The notes beneath the pieces are model-generated. The model did no database searches and had not been told where the DNA came from. It saw only the letters and a list, made by a program, of their open reading frames with translations. Positions 56,431 through 64,000 of a stretch of DNA of 64,000 nucleotides are shown here, one piece after another; the stretch's first letter is position 1; the number at the start of each line of letters is the position of its first letter. A program made the translations under genes and the position numbers. This DNA comes from an uncultured Eubacteriales bacterium (GTDB lineage: Bacteria > Bacillota > Clostridia > Oscillospirales > Acutalibacteraceae): NCBI GenBank assembly GCA_900318495.1, contig ONLA01000025.1, forward strand, positions 1,971-65,970, written 5' to 3'.

Positions 56431-57480
56431 TCAAACAGTAATAAAATCTTCTAAATCGTCAAGAGCTGTTTTTTTGATAAAGCTGTCTCCGATTGAATTG
56501 AGAAGCACGAGATTAATCGAACCGCCCGCGGTTTTTTTGTCGCTCTTCGCGGCTTCGGCAATTTCGCCGGCACTAAGCCGCGCCGAAACCGGAAGCCCGT
56601 ATTTTTCGCATAAAGCGGCAATTCTTGCGGCTGTGCCGGGCAGAGTTATATTGTGCTTTTCGCCCGCGAGGCTAATCATAACCATTCCTACGGCAACAGC
56701 CATACCGTGGGTTATTCCGCTGAAATTGTTCAGCTTTTCAATAGCGTGTCCAAGCGTATGACCGAAGTTCAAAAGCATACGTTCGCCTGATTCCCTTTCG
56801 TCACGGCTGACAACGTCGCGTTTAATAGAAACGCAGGTTTCAATAACGCTTTCAATATCGTCCCACGCGTTTTCGTTTTGGAGCTTTTCAAAAAAAACGG
56901 CGTCCTTTATGCAGCCGTATTTTATAACCTCGCCCATACCGTCGGTTTTGAATTCAGCGGGGAGCGTGCCGAGGGTGCCGGGATCAATCAGCACCGCAAG
57001 CGGCTGGTGAAACGCGCCGACAAGGTTTTTTCCCTGCGGCAGATCCACGCCGGTTTTGCCGCCGACCGAGGAATCCACCTGCGCCAGAAGCGAAGTGGGA
57101 ATTTGTATGAAATCAATTCCGCGCAGGTAGCTTGCCGCCGCAAAGCCTGCCATATCGCCGCAAACTCCGCCGCCGAGCGCTACAATAATATCCTTGCGTG
57201 TCATACGGAAATTTGCGAGAGTCGCGTAAATTTCCGAAATTGTGCCGAGGTGCTTGCTTTTTTCGCCTGCCTCAAAAATATGGGTGACGGTTTCCAATCC
57301 GCTGTTTTCAAGCGATTTTACCACGCGTTCAAGATACAGCAGCGCAACGTTTGTGTCGGTGACAACACAGGCTTTTGCGGCACAGCTAAGCTGTTTCGCA
57401 AAAGCTCCGGCGCTGTCAATTACGCCTTTTTCTATTATAATATCGTACGGTTTGCCCGTGCTGACGTGTATTTTTTTCAT
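56431..57480 (-). CDS. aroB: 3-dehydroquinate synthase
   Basis: GGGVCGD, DSSVGGKTG, LNFGHTLGHAIE. Confidence 0.95.
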   Translation of the reverse strand: MKKIHVSTGKPYDIIIEKGVIDSAGAFAKQLSCAAKACVVTDTNVALLYLERVVKSLENSGLETVTHIFEAGEKSKHLGTISEIYATLANFRMTRKDIIVALGGGVCGDMAGFAAASYLRGIDFIQIPTSLLAQVDSSVGGKTGVDLPQGKNLVGAFHQPLAVLIDPGTLGTLPAEFKTDGMGEVIKYGCIKDAVFFEKLQNENAWDDIESVIETCVSIKRDVVSRDERESGERMLLNFGHTLGHAIEKLNNFSGITHGMAVAVGMVMISLAGEKHNITLPGTAARIAALCEKYGLPVSARLSAGEIAEAAKSDKKTAGGSINLVLLNSIGDSFIKKTALDDLEDFITV

Positions 57481-57499
57481 ATCTATACCTTTTGTGTAA

Positions 57500-58330
57500 T
57501 TATTCTCCGAGCGACTGCTTGATTTTGTGACCTTCTTCAAGCAGTTCGGTCAGCTTTTCCTTGTCGTTTTGCTTTACCGCGTCTACAATTTTGCCAATGT
57601 TTTCGACCAAAATATCAAGCTCCTCAATAAGAGGTTCGCGGTTTTCCAAAAACAGCTCGCTCCAAAGCTTTGAGTTAATGTTGGCAACGCGCGAAACGTC
57701 GCGGTAGCTGCCTGCCGAAAAGCCCTTGTGATTTTTGCAGCTCGGGCTCAGAACATAAGCGCAGGCGAGTACGTGCGGAAGCTGCGAGGTAAAGGCAATC
57801 ATTCTGTCGTGTTCCTCGGGAGTTGTGATTTTAACCTGAGCGAATCCGATCGACAAGGCAAGCTCAGCCAAAATGTCAACATATTTTTGATTGGTTCCGC
57901 AGGGCGTAATAATAAAGCTCGCGCCCCTGTAAAGCTCCGCTTCACTTACGGAAAAGCCGTTTTTTTCCTTGCCTGCCATAGGATGGCTGCCGACAAACAC
58001 AAAGCCGTATTTTTGGCTCAGCTCCTTTAGCTGAGGGCAAATAGCGCGCTTTATCCCTGACGAATCGGTAACAATCGCGCCGTTTTTTATCTTGCTTCCG
58101 TGCTTTTCAATATAGTCAACGCAAGCCTGCGGATACATACACAGAAAAACAACGTCCGCTTTTTTCAGGCTGTCAGCCGTGCCTATTTCGTCAATCGCGC
58201 CTTCCCTTAACGCCTGTTCGGCAACCTCGGCGGTGCGGTTTATTCCGATAATATGGTGGTCGGTGTGCAGCTTAAACGCCTTGCAAAAGCTGCCGCCGAT
58301 AATTCCCAGTCCGATAATCACAATGTTCAT
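57500..58330 (-). CDS. tyrA: Prephenate dehydrogenase
   Basis: GLGIIGGS, HPMAG.E, HD...A.TSQLPH. Confidence 0.92.
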   Translation of the reverse strand: MNIVIIGLGIIGGSFCKAFKLHTDHHIIGINRTAEVAEQALREGAIDEIGTADSLKKADVVFLCMYPQACVDYIEKHGSKIKNGAIVTDSSGIKRAICPQLKELSQKYGFVFVGSHPMAGKEKNGFSVSEAELYRGASFIITPCGTNQKYVDILAELALSIGFAQVKITTPEEHDRMIAFTSQLPHVLACAYVLSPSCKNHKGFSAGSYRDVSRVANINSKLWSELFLENREPLIEELDILVENIGKIVDAVKQNDKEKLTELLEEGHKIKQSLGE

Positions 58331-58341
58331 AGTTTATCCCT

Positions 58342-59346
58342 TTACAGTGAGTTTTTAAGCGCGAAAACTCGTTTTGCCACCTTGTCAAATTGCTTTGGAG
58401 TAAGCGATTGGGCTCCGTCCGACCAAGCGTGAGGAGGATCGTTGTGCACCTCGATAATCAGCCCGTCGGCTCCTGCCGCTACCGCCGCCATAGCCAGCGG
58501 TTCAACAAGCCTGCTTTTGCCCGAGGCGTGACTCGGGTCAACAATAACAGGAAGGTGCGAAAGACTTTTGACAATAGGAATCGCGCTGATGTCAAGTGTG
58601 TTTCTTGTGTAGGTTTCATAGGTTCTTATGCCTCTTTCGCAAAGCATAACCTTTTCGTTGCCGCCTGCCATAATATATTCCGCGCTCATCAGCCACTCTT
58701 CAATTGTGGCTGAAAGTCCGCGCTTTAACAGGATTGGCTTGTCAATTTTGCCGAGCTCCTTTAACAGCTCAAAGTTTTGCATATTGCGCGCGCCGACCTG
58801 AATAATGTCAACGTTTTCGAACATATCAATATGCGAAACCCTCATTATTTCGGTAACAATCGGAAGTCCTGTTTCCTTTCTTGCGGTTTTCAGCAGGTCA
58901 AGTCCCTCAGCTTTCAGACCCTGAAAGGCGTAAGGCGAGGTTCGCGGCTTAAACGCGCCGCCCCTGAGCAGCGTAGCTCCCGAAGCCTGAACGCTTTTGG
59001 CAATGCCTGTAATTTGTTCCTCACTTTCAACCGAACACGGACCTGCCATAATGTGCAGGCTTCCGTCGCCGATTGAAACACTGTCGTTAATTCTTATGAC
59101 AGTGTTTTCGGGATGAAACTTGCGGTTAGCCTTTTTGTACGGCTCCTGAACGCGCTTGACACTTTCGACAATTTCCTGAGCGTCAATGTACTCGATGTCA
59201 ACCTTGGTGGTGTCGCCAATCAGTCCCAAAACAGTGGAATGAATACCGTCCCAGCGGTTGACCTTTACTTCGTAGTCCGCCTTGAGGTGGTCTGTGAATT
59301 TTGTGATTTCCTCTGGCGCAATCTGCGGTTTTAATACAATAATCAT
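58342..59346 (-). CDS. aroF: DAHP synthase type I-beta
   Basis: AGPCSVE, GAFKPRTSPY, GARNMQNF, CERGIR. Confidence 0.95.
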   Translation of the reverse strand: MIIVLKPQIAPEEITKFTDHLKADYEVKVNRWDGIHSTVLGLIGDTTKVDIEYIDAQEIVESVKRVQEPYKKANRKFHPENTVIRINDSVSIGDGSLHIMAGPCSVESEEQITGIAKSVQASGATLLRGGAFKPRTSPYAFQGLKAEGLDLLKTARKETGLPIVTEIMRVSHIDMFENVDIIQVGARNMQNFELLKELGKIDKPILLKRGLSATIEEWLMSAEYIMAGGNEKVMLCERGIRTYETYTRNTLDISAIPIVKSLSHLPVIVDPSHASGKSRLVEPLAMAAVAAGADGLIIEVHNDPPHAWSDGAQSLTPKQFDKVAKRVFALKNSL

Positions 59347-59430
59347 ACAATATACCCCCTAATGTAGATTGTAAATTATTTTAGCACTTTAAAGCGACGC
59401 AGTCAATATCTAATTTTGTTTTAATGTACA

Positions 59431-59937
59431 TTATTTAAGCTTTACCGCGTTAATTACCGCGAACGCGGTTTTCAGCGGTGTGTTTTCCCCTTTAACAACA
59501 ATATCGGCGGCTCCGCGGTAAACCGGAAGCCGTTTGTTGTAAAGCTCCTCCATAACCCTGTCCTTGTCGGGACGCTGTAAAAGCGGACGGCGCGTATCGT
59601 TTTTAAGCCTTTGCTTAATTATGTCGAGAGATACGTCAAGAAAAACAATTGTGTCAACACCCTTAAATACTTTCACGTTGCGCTCAAAGGTGAATGCTCC
59701 GCCGCCCGAGGCAATTACAAGGTTGCTCATACCGGCAAGCTCCCTGCACACCTCGTGCTCAATATCGCGAAAACCTTCCTCGCCGTATTTTTCAAATATT
59801 TCGGACACGGTCATTTCCTGTTTTTTTTCGATGTACGCGTCCATATCAACAAATTTTCTGCCTGTTTTTCGCGCGAGGTTTTTGCCTACGGTGGATTTGC
59901 CGCACCCCATAAAGCCGCATAAAACAATATTGTTCAT
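59431..59937 (-). CDS. aroK: Shikimate kinase
   Basis: GFMGCGKST, FR.IE, SGGG, RPLL. Confidence 0.93.
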   Translation of the reverse strand: MNNIVLCGFMGCGKSTVGKNLARKTGRKFVDMDAYIEKKQEMTVSEIFEKYGEEGFRDIEHEVCRELAGMSNLVIASGGGAFTFERNVKVFKGVDTIVFLDVSLDIIKQRLKNDTRRPLLQRPDKDRVMEELYNKRLPVYRGAADIVVKGENTPLKTAFAVINAVKLK

Positions 59938-59949
59938 AACAAACCCCTC

Positions 59950-60792
59950 TTATTTGGCGGCAAGCTCTTTGGCCGCGTCAAGGCAAAGCCTGTCTATGTC
60001 TGCCTTGTCATACACCGATCCGTCCCAGTGCTGATGCGACACCACAGCCTGCCAAACAAGCATACTCATTCCGCCCTCGGCAACCGAGCCGTTTGCGCGC
60101 GCGCGCTTTACAAGCACGGTTTCAAGCGGATTGTAAACAGCGTCGAAAACACTTTTGCACCTTCCTATGGCGCAGTTGTGAACCGGCTGTTCGTCAACGT
60201 TAGGATACATTCCTATCGGAGTGGCGTTAATAAGTACGTCAACGTTGCCGATAATCTGGTCAATCAAGCCGAAGCTTACTTTGGCGCCGGGGATTTTTCT
60301 TGTGATGTCAAGACACAAAAGCCCTGCCTGTCCAACGTCCTGCCGCCTTACGGCAAACTCAAACTCAAGCCCTCTCAGCGCGATTTCATAAGCCATTGTT
60401 CTTGCGACGCCGCCGCAGCCCAAAATCATAATCCTGCCGCCGAGCGTAATACCTGCCGCTTCAATTGCCCTGATAAAGCCGTCGGGATCGGTTGTAAAGC
60501 CCTTTGCCTTGCCGTCGCTGTTAAGCACGGTGTTGACGCTGCCGTACATTTTTGCCTTTTCGTCGGTTTCGTCGATAAGCTTGATAATACTCTGCTTGTG
60601 CGGAATCGTAATGTTGTAGCCGTCAAGCTTTTTCAGTGTTTCGGAATACTCTGCCGCGAGGTTTTCGGGCGCAATGTCAATCGCCGTGTATTCGGCGTCA
60701 ACGCCCGAAAGCTCAAAAAGCCTTTTGTGAATGAAAGGCGACATTGTGTGACCGATAGGATGACCTATTACCGCGTAATGTTTTTTACTCAT
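59950..60792 (-). CDS. aroE: Shikimate dehydrogenase
   Basis: G.PIGHT.SP.IH, NITIPHK, VNT, NATPIGM, YNP.ET. Confidence 0.93.
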   Translation of the reverse strand: MSKKHYAVIGHPIGHTMSPFIHKRLFELSGVDAEYTAIDIAPENLAAEYSETLKKLDGYNITIPHKQSIIKLIDETDEKAKMYGSVNTVLNSDGKAKGFTTDPDGFIRAIEAAGITLGGRIMILGCGGVARTMAYEIALRGLEFEFAVRRQDVGQAGLLCLDITRKIPGAKVSFGLIDQIIGNVDVLINATPIGMYPNVDEQPVHNCAIGRCKSVFDAVYNPLETVLVKRARANGSVAEGGMSMLVWQAVVSHQHWDGSVYDKADIDRLCLDAAKELAAK

Positions 60793-61034
60793 AAAACTAC
60801 CCCCGTAAGCTTAATTTTCTGCATTTCACCTATTGATTTTTGCATAAAACTGAATTATTTATGCAAAATCTAAATTTTTTAAAAAATTTTTGAATTACAT
60901 ATTGACAAAGCAGCAAAATAACAATAATATTGAATAGTAACAAACACAGGTTTGTTCCAAACCATTGTAGCATAAAACCAGTGCTTTTGTCTATAACTTT
61001 AGATAGGGTACAAAATATTTAGGGAGGAATTATA

Positions 61035-61262
61035 ATGGTATTAGAAAAAGTAAAGGCTATTCTTGCCGAGCAGTTTGACGTTGAAGAAGATAAGATTACC
61101 GTTGATACAGACCTTCAGGAGGATCTCGGCGCTGATTCACTGGACGTTGTTGACCTTCTTATGTCAATAGAGGATGAGTTCGAGGTTGAGGTTCCTGACG
61201 AGGAAATCGAAAACATCAAGACTGTAGGCGCTCTTGTTTCTTATATCGAGGATCATCAGTAA
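61035..61262 (+). CDS. acpP: Acyl carrier protein
   Basis: DLGADSLDVV; RBS GGGAGG. Confidence 0.95.
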   Translation: MVLEKVKAILAEQFDVEEDKITVDTDLQEDLGADSLDVVDLLMSIEDEFEVEVPDEEIENIKTVGALVSYIEDHQ

Positions 61263-61338
61263 TTAATTACGCTAAATGAGGGGGCGGTTTTCCGTCCCTT
61301 TTTTGCTTGAAAAATTTTTTGCTTTGTGTTATAATCAG

Positions 61339-61418
61339 TAAAGGCAATATTTCGTCCGCGCTTTAAGTCAGCGCCGCACAATTTGAGGGGCACACCTGAA
61401 TTTGCGGTATTACCTTAA
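61339..61418 (-). repeat. Palindromic repeat family 2, longer variant
   Basis: AAGGCAAT...GCACACCTGAATTTGCGGTATTACCTTAA with extra internal sequence. Confidence 0.65.
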
Positions 61419-61464
61419 TTCGGCGCGGTATCGGCATAATACATTACTACCGTTGAGGTGAGCC

Positions 61465-62034
61465 ATGACTTCACTCACAAAGGACGCAATCAAAAAATCG
61501 TTTATGAAGCTTCTTAACCAAAAGCAGGTTAATAAAATTACCGTTAAGGAGATTGTCGAGGACTGCGGAATAAACCGTAATTCTTTTTATTATCATTTTG
61601 ACGATATTCCTTCTTTGATAGAGGAAATTTTTAACGACCAGGTTGACGAGCTTGTGAACAAGCAGATTAATTCCGAGAATATTTATGACAGCATCCTCGA
61701 AGCCATTGATTTTGCGCTTCAAAACAAAACCGCAATGCTTCACATTCACAATTCGGCAAGCCGCGATTTGTTCGACCGCTATATGAGCAGGGTGGCTCAG
61801 CGCACTGTAAGCGAGTTTTTTGACAAGCTGACCGATGGCTATCAAAATATAAACCCCGAGGACAAGGAAGCGGTTGTTATGTATTACAAAAGCTTGCTTA
61901 TTGGCTTTGTGGTTGAGTGGCTGTCAGACGGAATGAAATATGATTTGGCCGGCAAAATCAAGCGCTTGTGCGAGCTTTTTGAGGGTACCACCGAGCTTGC
62001 GCTCAGCCGTTGCCGCAAAACCGGCGACGAATAA
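61465..62034 (+). CDS. TetR/AcrR family regulator
   Basis: ITVKEIVEDCGINRNSFYYHF HTH. Confidence 0.92.
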   Translation: MTSLTKDAIKKSFMKLLNQKQVNKITVKEIVEDCGINRNSFYYHFDDIPSLIEEIFNDQVDELVNKQINSENIYDSILEAIDFALQNKTAMLHIHNSASRDLFDRYMSRVAQRTVSEFFDKLTDGYQNINPEDKEAVVMYYKSLLIGFVVEWLSDGMKYDLAGKIKRLCELFEGTTELALSRCRKTGDE

Positions 62035-62107
62035 TATTAATAAATAATTAACGGACGGAGCAATCCGTCCTGATTAAAGTCTTTCGGTTAGTCTAAGCTA
62101 ACCAGAT

Positions 62108-62129
62108 AGACAAATGCGTCCGAGTGTCT
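62108..62129. promoter_or_regulatory. Candidate TetR operator AGACA-N12-TGTCT
   Basis: Inverted repeat upstream of the MMPL gene; degenerate second half-site at 62154-62158. Confidence 0.45.
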
Positions 62130-62227
62130 GAATTTTCGTCACGGCATTTTATGTGTCTGTTTATTTTTTTCTTTGAAATAACTAAAATGAATTATAGCTT
62201 ATTATAAGAAAAGGAGAGGATAGCCGC

Positions 62228-64000
62228 ATGAAACTCGGAAAATCGGTTGTAAAATTCCGTGCAGTAATTCTGATAATTTCGCTTGCGCTGCTTGTTCCGT
62301 CGGTGCTGGGAATGATTTTTACGCGTGTCAACTACGATATGCTGAATTATCTGCCTGACAGTCTTGACACGGTAAAGGGACAGGAATATATGCTCGAGGA
62401 CTTCAACAAGGGGGCGTTTTCATTCCTGATTTTTGAAAACGCCGACGATAAAACAATGAGAGAAGCCTCTGAAAAAATCAAAAAGGTTGACCATGTGGCA
62501 ACGGTGCTGAACTACAGCGACATTGCCGACGATTCGATACCAAAGGAGCTTTTGCCCGATAAAATATACGATGTCTTCAATTCGGGCGATTCAACGCTTA
62601 TGGCGGTGTTTTTTGACACCTCAAGCTCCTCTGACGAAACAATGGACGCGATTACCAAAATCCGCGGAATTGCAGGCGAAAGCTGTCTTGTTTCGGGCAT
62701 TTCGGCTATGGTAACCGACCTTCGCGACCTGTGCGAGGCTGAGGAAACAATTTATGTGGCAATAGCCGTTGTGCTTGCGGTTGTCGCAATGATGCTGTTT
62801 ATGGACAACTGGATTATCCCGTTTGTTTTTCTTGCCAGCATCGGTATGGCGATACTTATGAACCTCGGCTCGAACTATTTTTTGGGCGAAATTTCATACA
62901 TCACAAAGGCGCTTTCGGCGGTGCTGCAGCTTGCCGTTACAATGGACTACTCGATTTTTCTGTGGCACAGCTACGGCGAACAAAAGAAGCTGTGCTCCGA
63001 TAACAAAGAGGCTATGGCTGTGGCTATCAAGGAAACCGTCACCTCGGTTGTCGGAAGTTCAATTACCACAATCGCCGGATTTATCGCGCTGTGCTTTATG
63101 ACCTTCACGCTTGGCAGAGACCTCGGTATTGTTATGGCAAAGGGCGTGCTGCTCGGCGTAATCGGCTGCGTAACAATTTTGCCGTCGATGATTTTGGTGC
63201 TCGACAAGCCGCTTTCCAAAACAATGCACCGTTCGCTCATTCCTCAACCCAAAAAGCTTGCGGGCGGACTGGTTAAAATCTTCCCTGTGTTTATAATACT
63301 TTTCGGCGCGCTCGCCGTGCCCGCCTATTACGGTTATTCGCAAACAAACAACGAGGTTTATTACGATATTTCAAAAAGCCTTCCGCGCGATATGGCAAAC
63401 GTTGTTGCAAACACAAAGCTTAAAGATGAGTTTAATATGTCAAACACCCATATGGTGCTTGTTAATTCAAAGCTAAGCTCAAAGGACGTCCGCAATCTGA
63501 CGGAAGAAATGAAAAACGTTGACGGAATTAAGTTTGCGCTGGGACTTGAAAGTGTTGTGGGACCTATGGTTCCCGAGGAGCTTGTTCCGGAATCGGTGGA
63601 AAAGGTGTTCAAGAGCGACCGCTGGGAAATGCTGATACTCAGCTCGGAATACACTACCGCGTCCGAAGAAATGGGCAGGCAGGTTTCTCAGCTAAACGAA
63701 ATAATTAAGAAGTATGACAAAGACGGTTTGCTTGTGGGCGAAGCCGCCTGCACAAACGACCTGATTAATATAACGTCGGTTGACTTCGCTACGGTAAACG
63801 CGATATCAATCGCGGCAATCTTCATAATAATAATGATTGTCGAAAAGAGCATAACCCTGCCGGTAATTCTGGTCGCGGTAATCGAGCTCGCTATATTCAT
63901 CAACCTCGGAATTCCTCATTTTATGGGCGACTCGCTTCCGTTTATCGCGCCGATATGCATAAGCACAATCCAGCTCGGCGCGACGGTTGACTACGCGATT
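62228..64000 (+). CDS. MMPL/RND family transporter (3'-partial; missing from the ORF track)
   Basis: RBS AAGGAG, ATG 62228: MKLGKSVVKFR..VNYDMLNYLP; QLAVTMDYSIFL and QLGATVDYAI MMPL motifs. Confidence 0.88.
   Translation, partial: MKLGKSVVKFRAVILIISLALLVPSVLGMIFTRVNYDMLNYLPDSLDTVKGQEYMLEDFNKGAFSFLIFENADDKTMREASEKIKKVDHVATVLNYSDIADDSIPKELLPDKIYDVFNSGDSTLMAVFFDTSSSSDETMDAITKIRGIAGESCLVSGISAMVTDLRDLCEAEETIYVAIAVVLAVVAMMLFMDNWIIPFVFLASIGMAILMNLGSNYFLGEISYITKALSAVLQLAVTMDYSIFLWHSYGEQKKLCSDNKEAMAVAIKETVTSVVGSSITTIAGFIALCFMTFTLGRDLGIVMAKGVLLGVIGCVTILPSMILVLDKPLSKTMHRSLIPQPKKLAGGLVKIFPVFIILFGALAVPAYYGYSQTNNEVYYDISKSLPRDMANVVANTKLKDEFNMSNTHMVLVNSKLSSKDVRNLTEEMKNVDGIKFALGLESVVGPMVPEELVPESVEKVFKSDRWEMLILSSEYTTASEEMGRQVSQLNEIIKKYDKDGLLVGEAACTNDLINITSVDFATVNAISIAAIFIIIMIVEKSITLPVILVAVIELAIFINLGIPHFMGDSLPFIAPICISTIQLGATVDYAI

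Overview
This is a ~64 kb, mostly chromosomal housekeeping region from a low/mid-GC spore-forming Firmicute. The gene content (dockerins, CBM21 protein, spmAB, PPDK, sortase C pilus) points to a Ruminococcus-like gut clostridium, which is an inference. It contains the end of a pilus locus, fucO, a glutaminase-less AsnB homologue, recD2-mreB, metY, an ECF sigma/anti-sigma pair, rlmB-rpe, spmAB, abrB, glmU-prs-pth-mfd, ppdK, dockerin proteins, T-box-controlled trpB2, an aro operon lacking a dehydroquinate dehydratase, acpP and TetR-MMPL. I found no rRNA, tRNA, CRISPR array, transposase or prophage. The most unusual signals are non-coding. (1) Six copies of a ~160-bp ERIC/Correia/BOX-like MITE are all broken just after the central hairpin, with the same + strand polarity; one is flanked by a 38-bp direct repeat and two are fused into gene 3' ends. 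(2) There is a second ~43-bp palindromic repeat family. (3) A Cys-Cys leader ORF precedes metY. (4) Two distant orphan genes share a pho-box-like promoter. (5) A DnaA-box cluster lies away from dnaA. ppdK also appears 3'-truncated. All calls come from reading the sequence by eye and from remembered family motifs; no searches were run.
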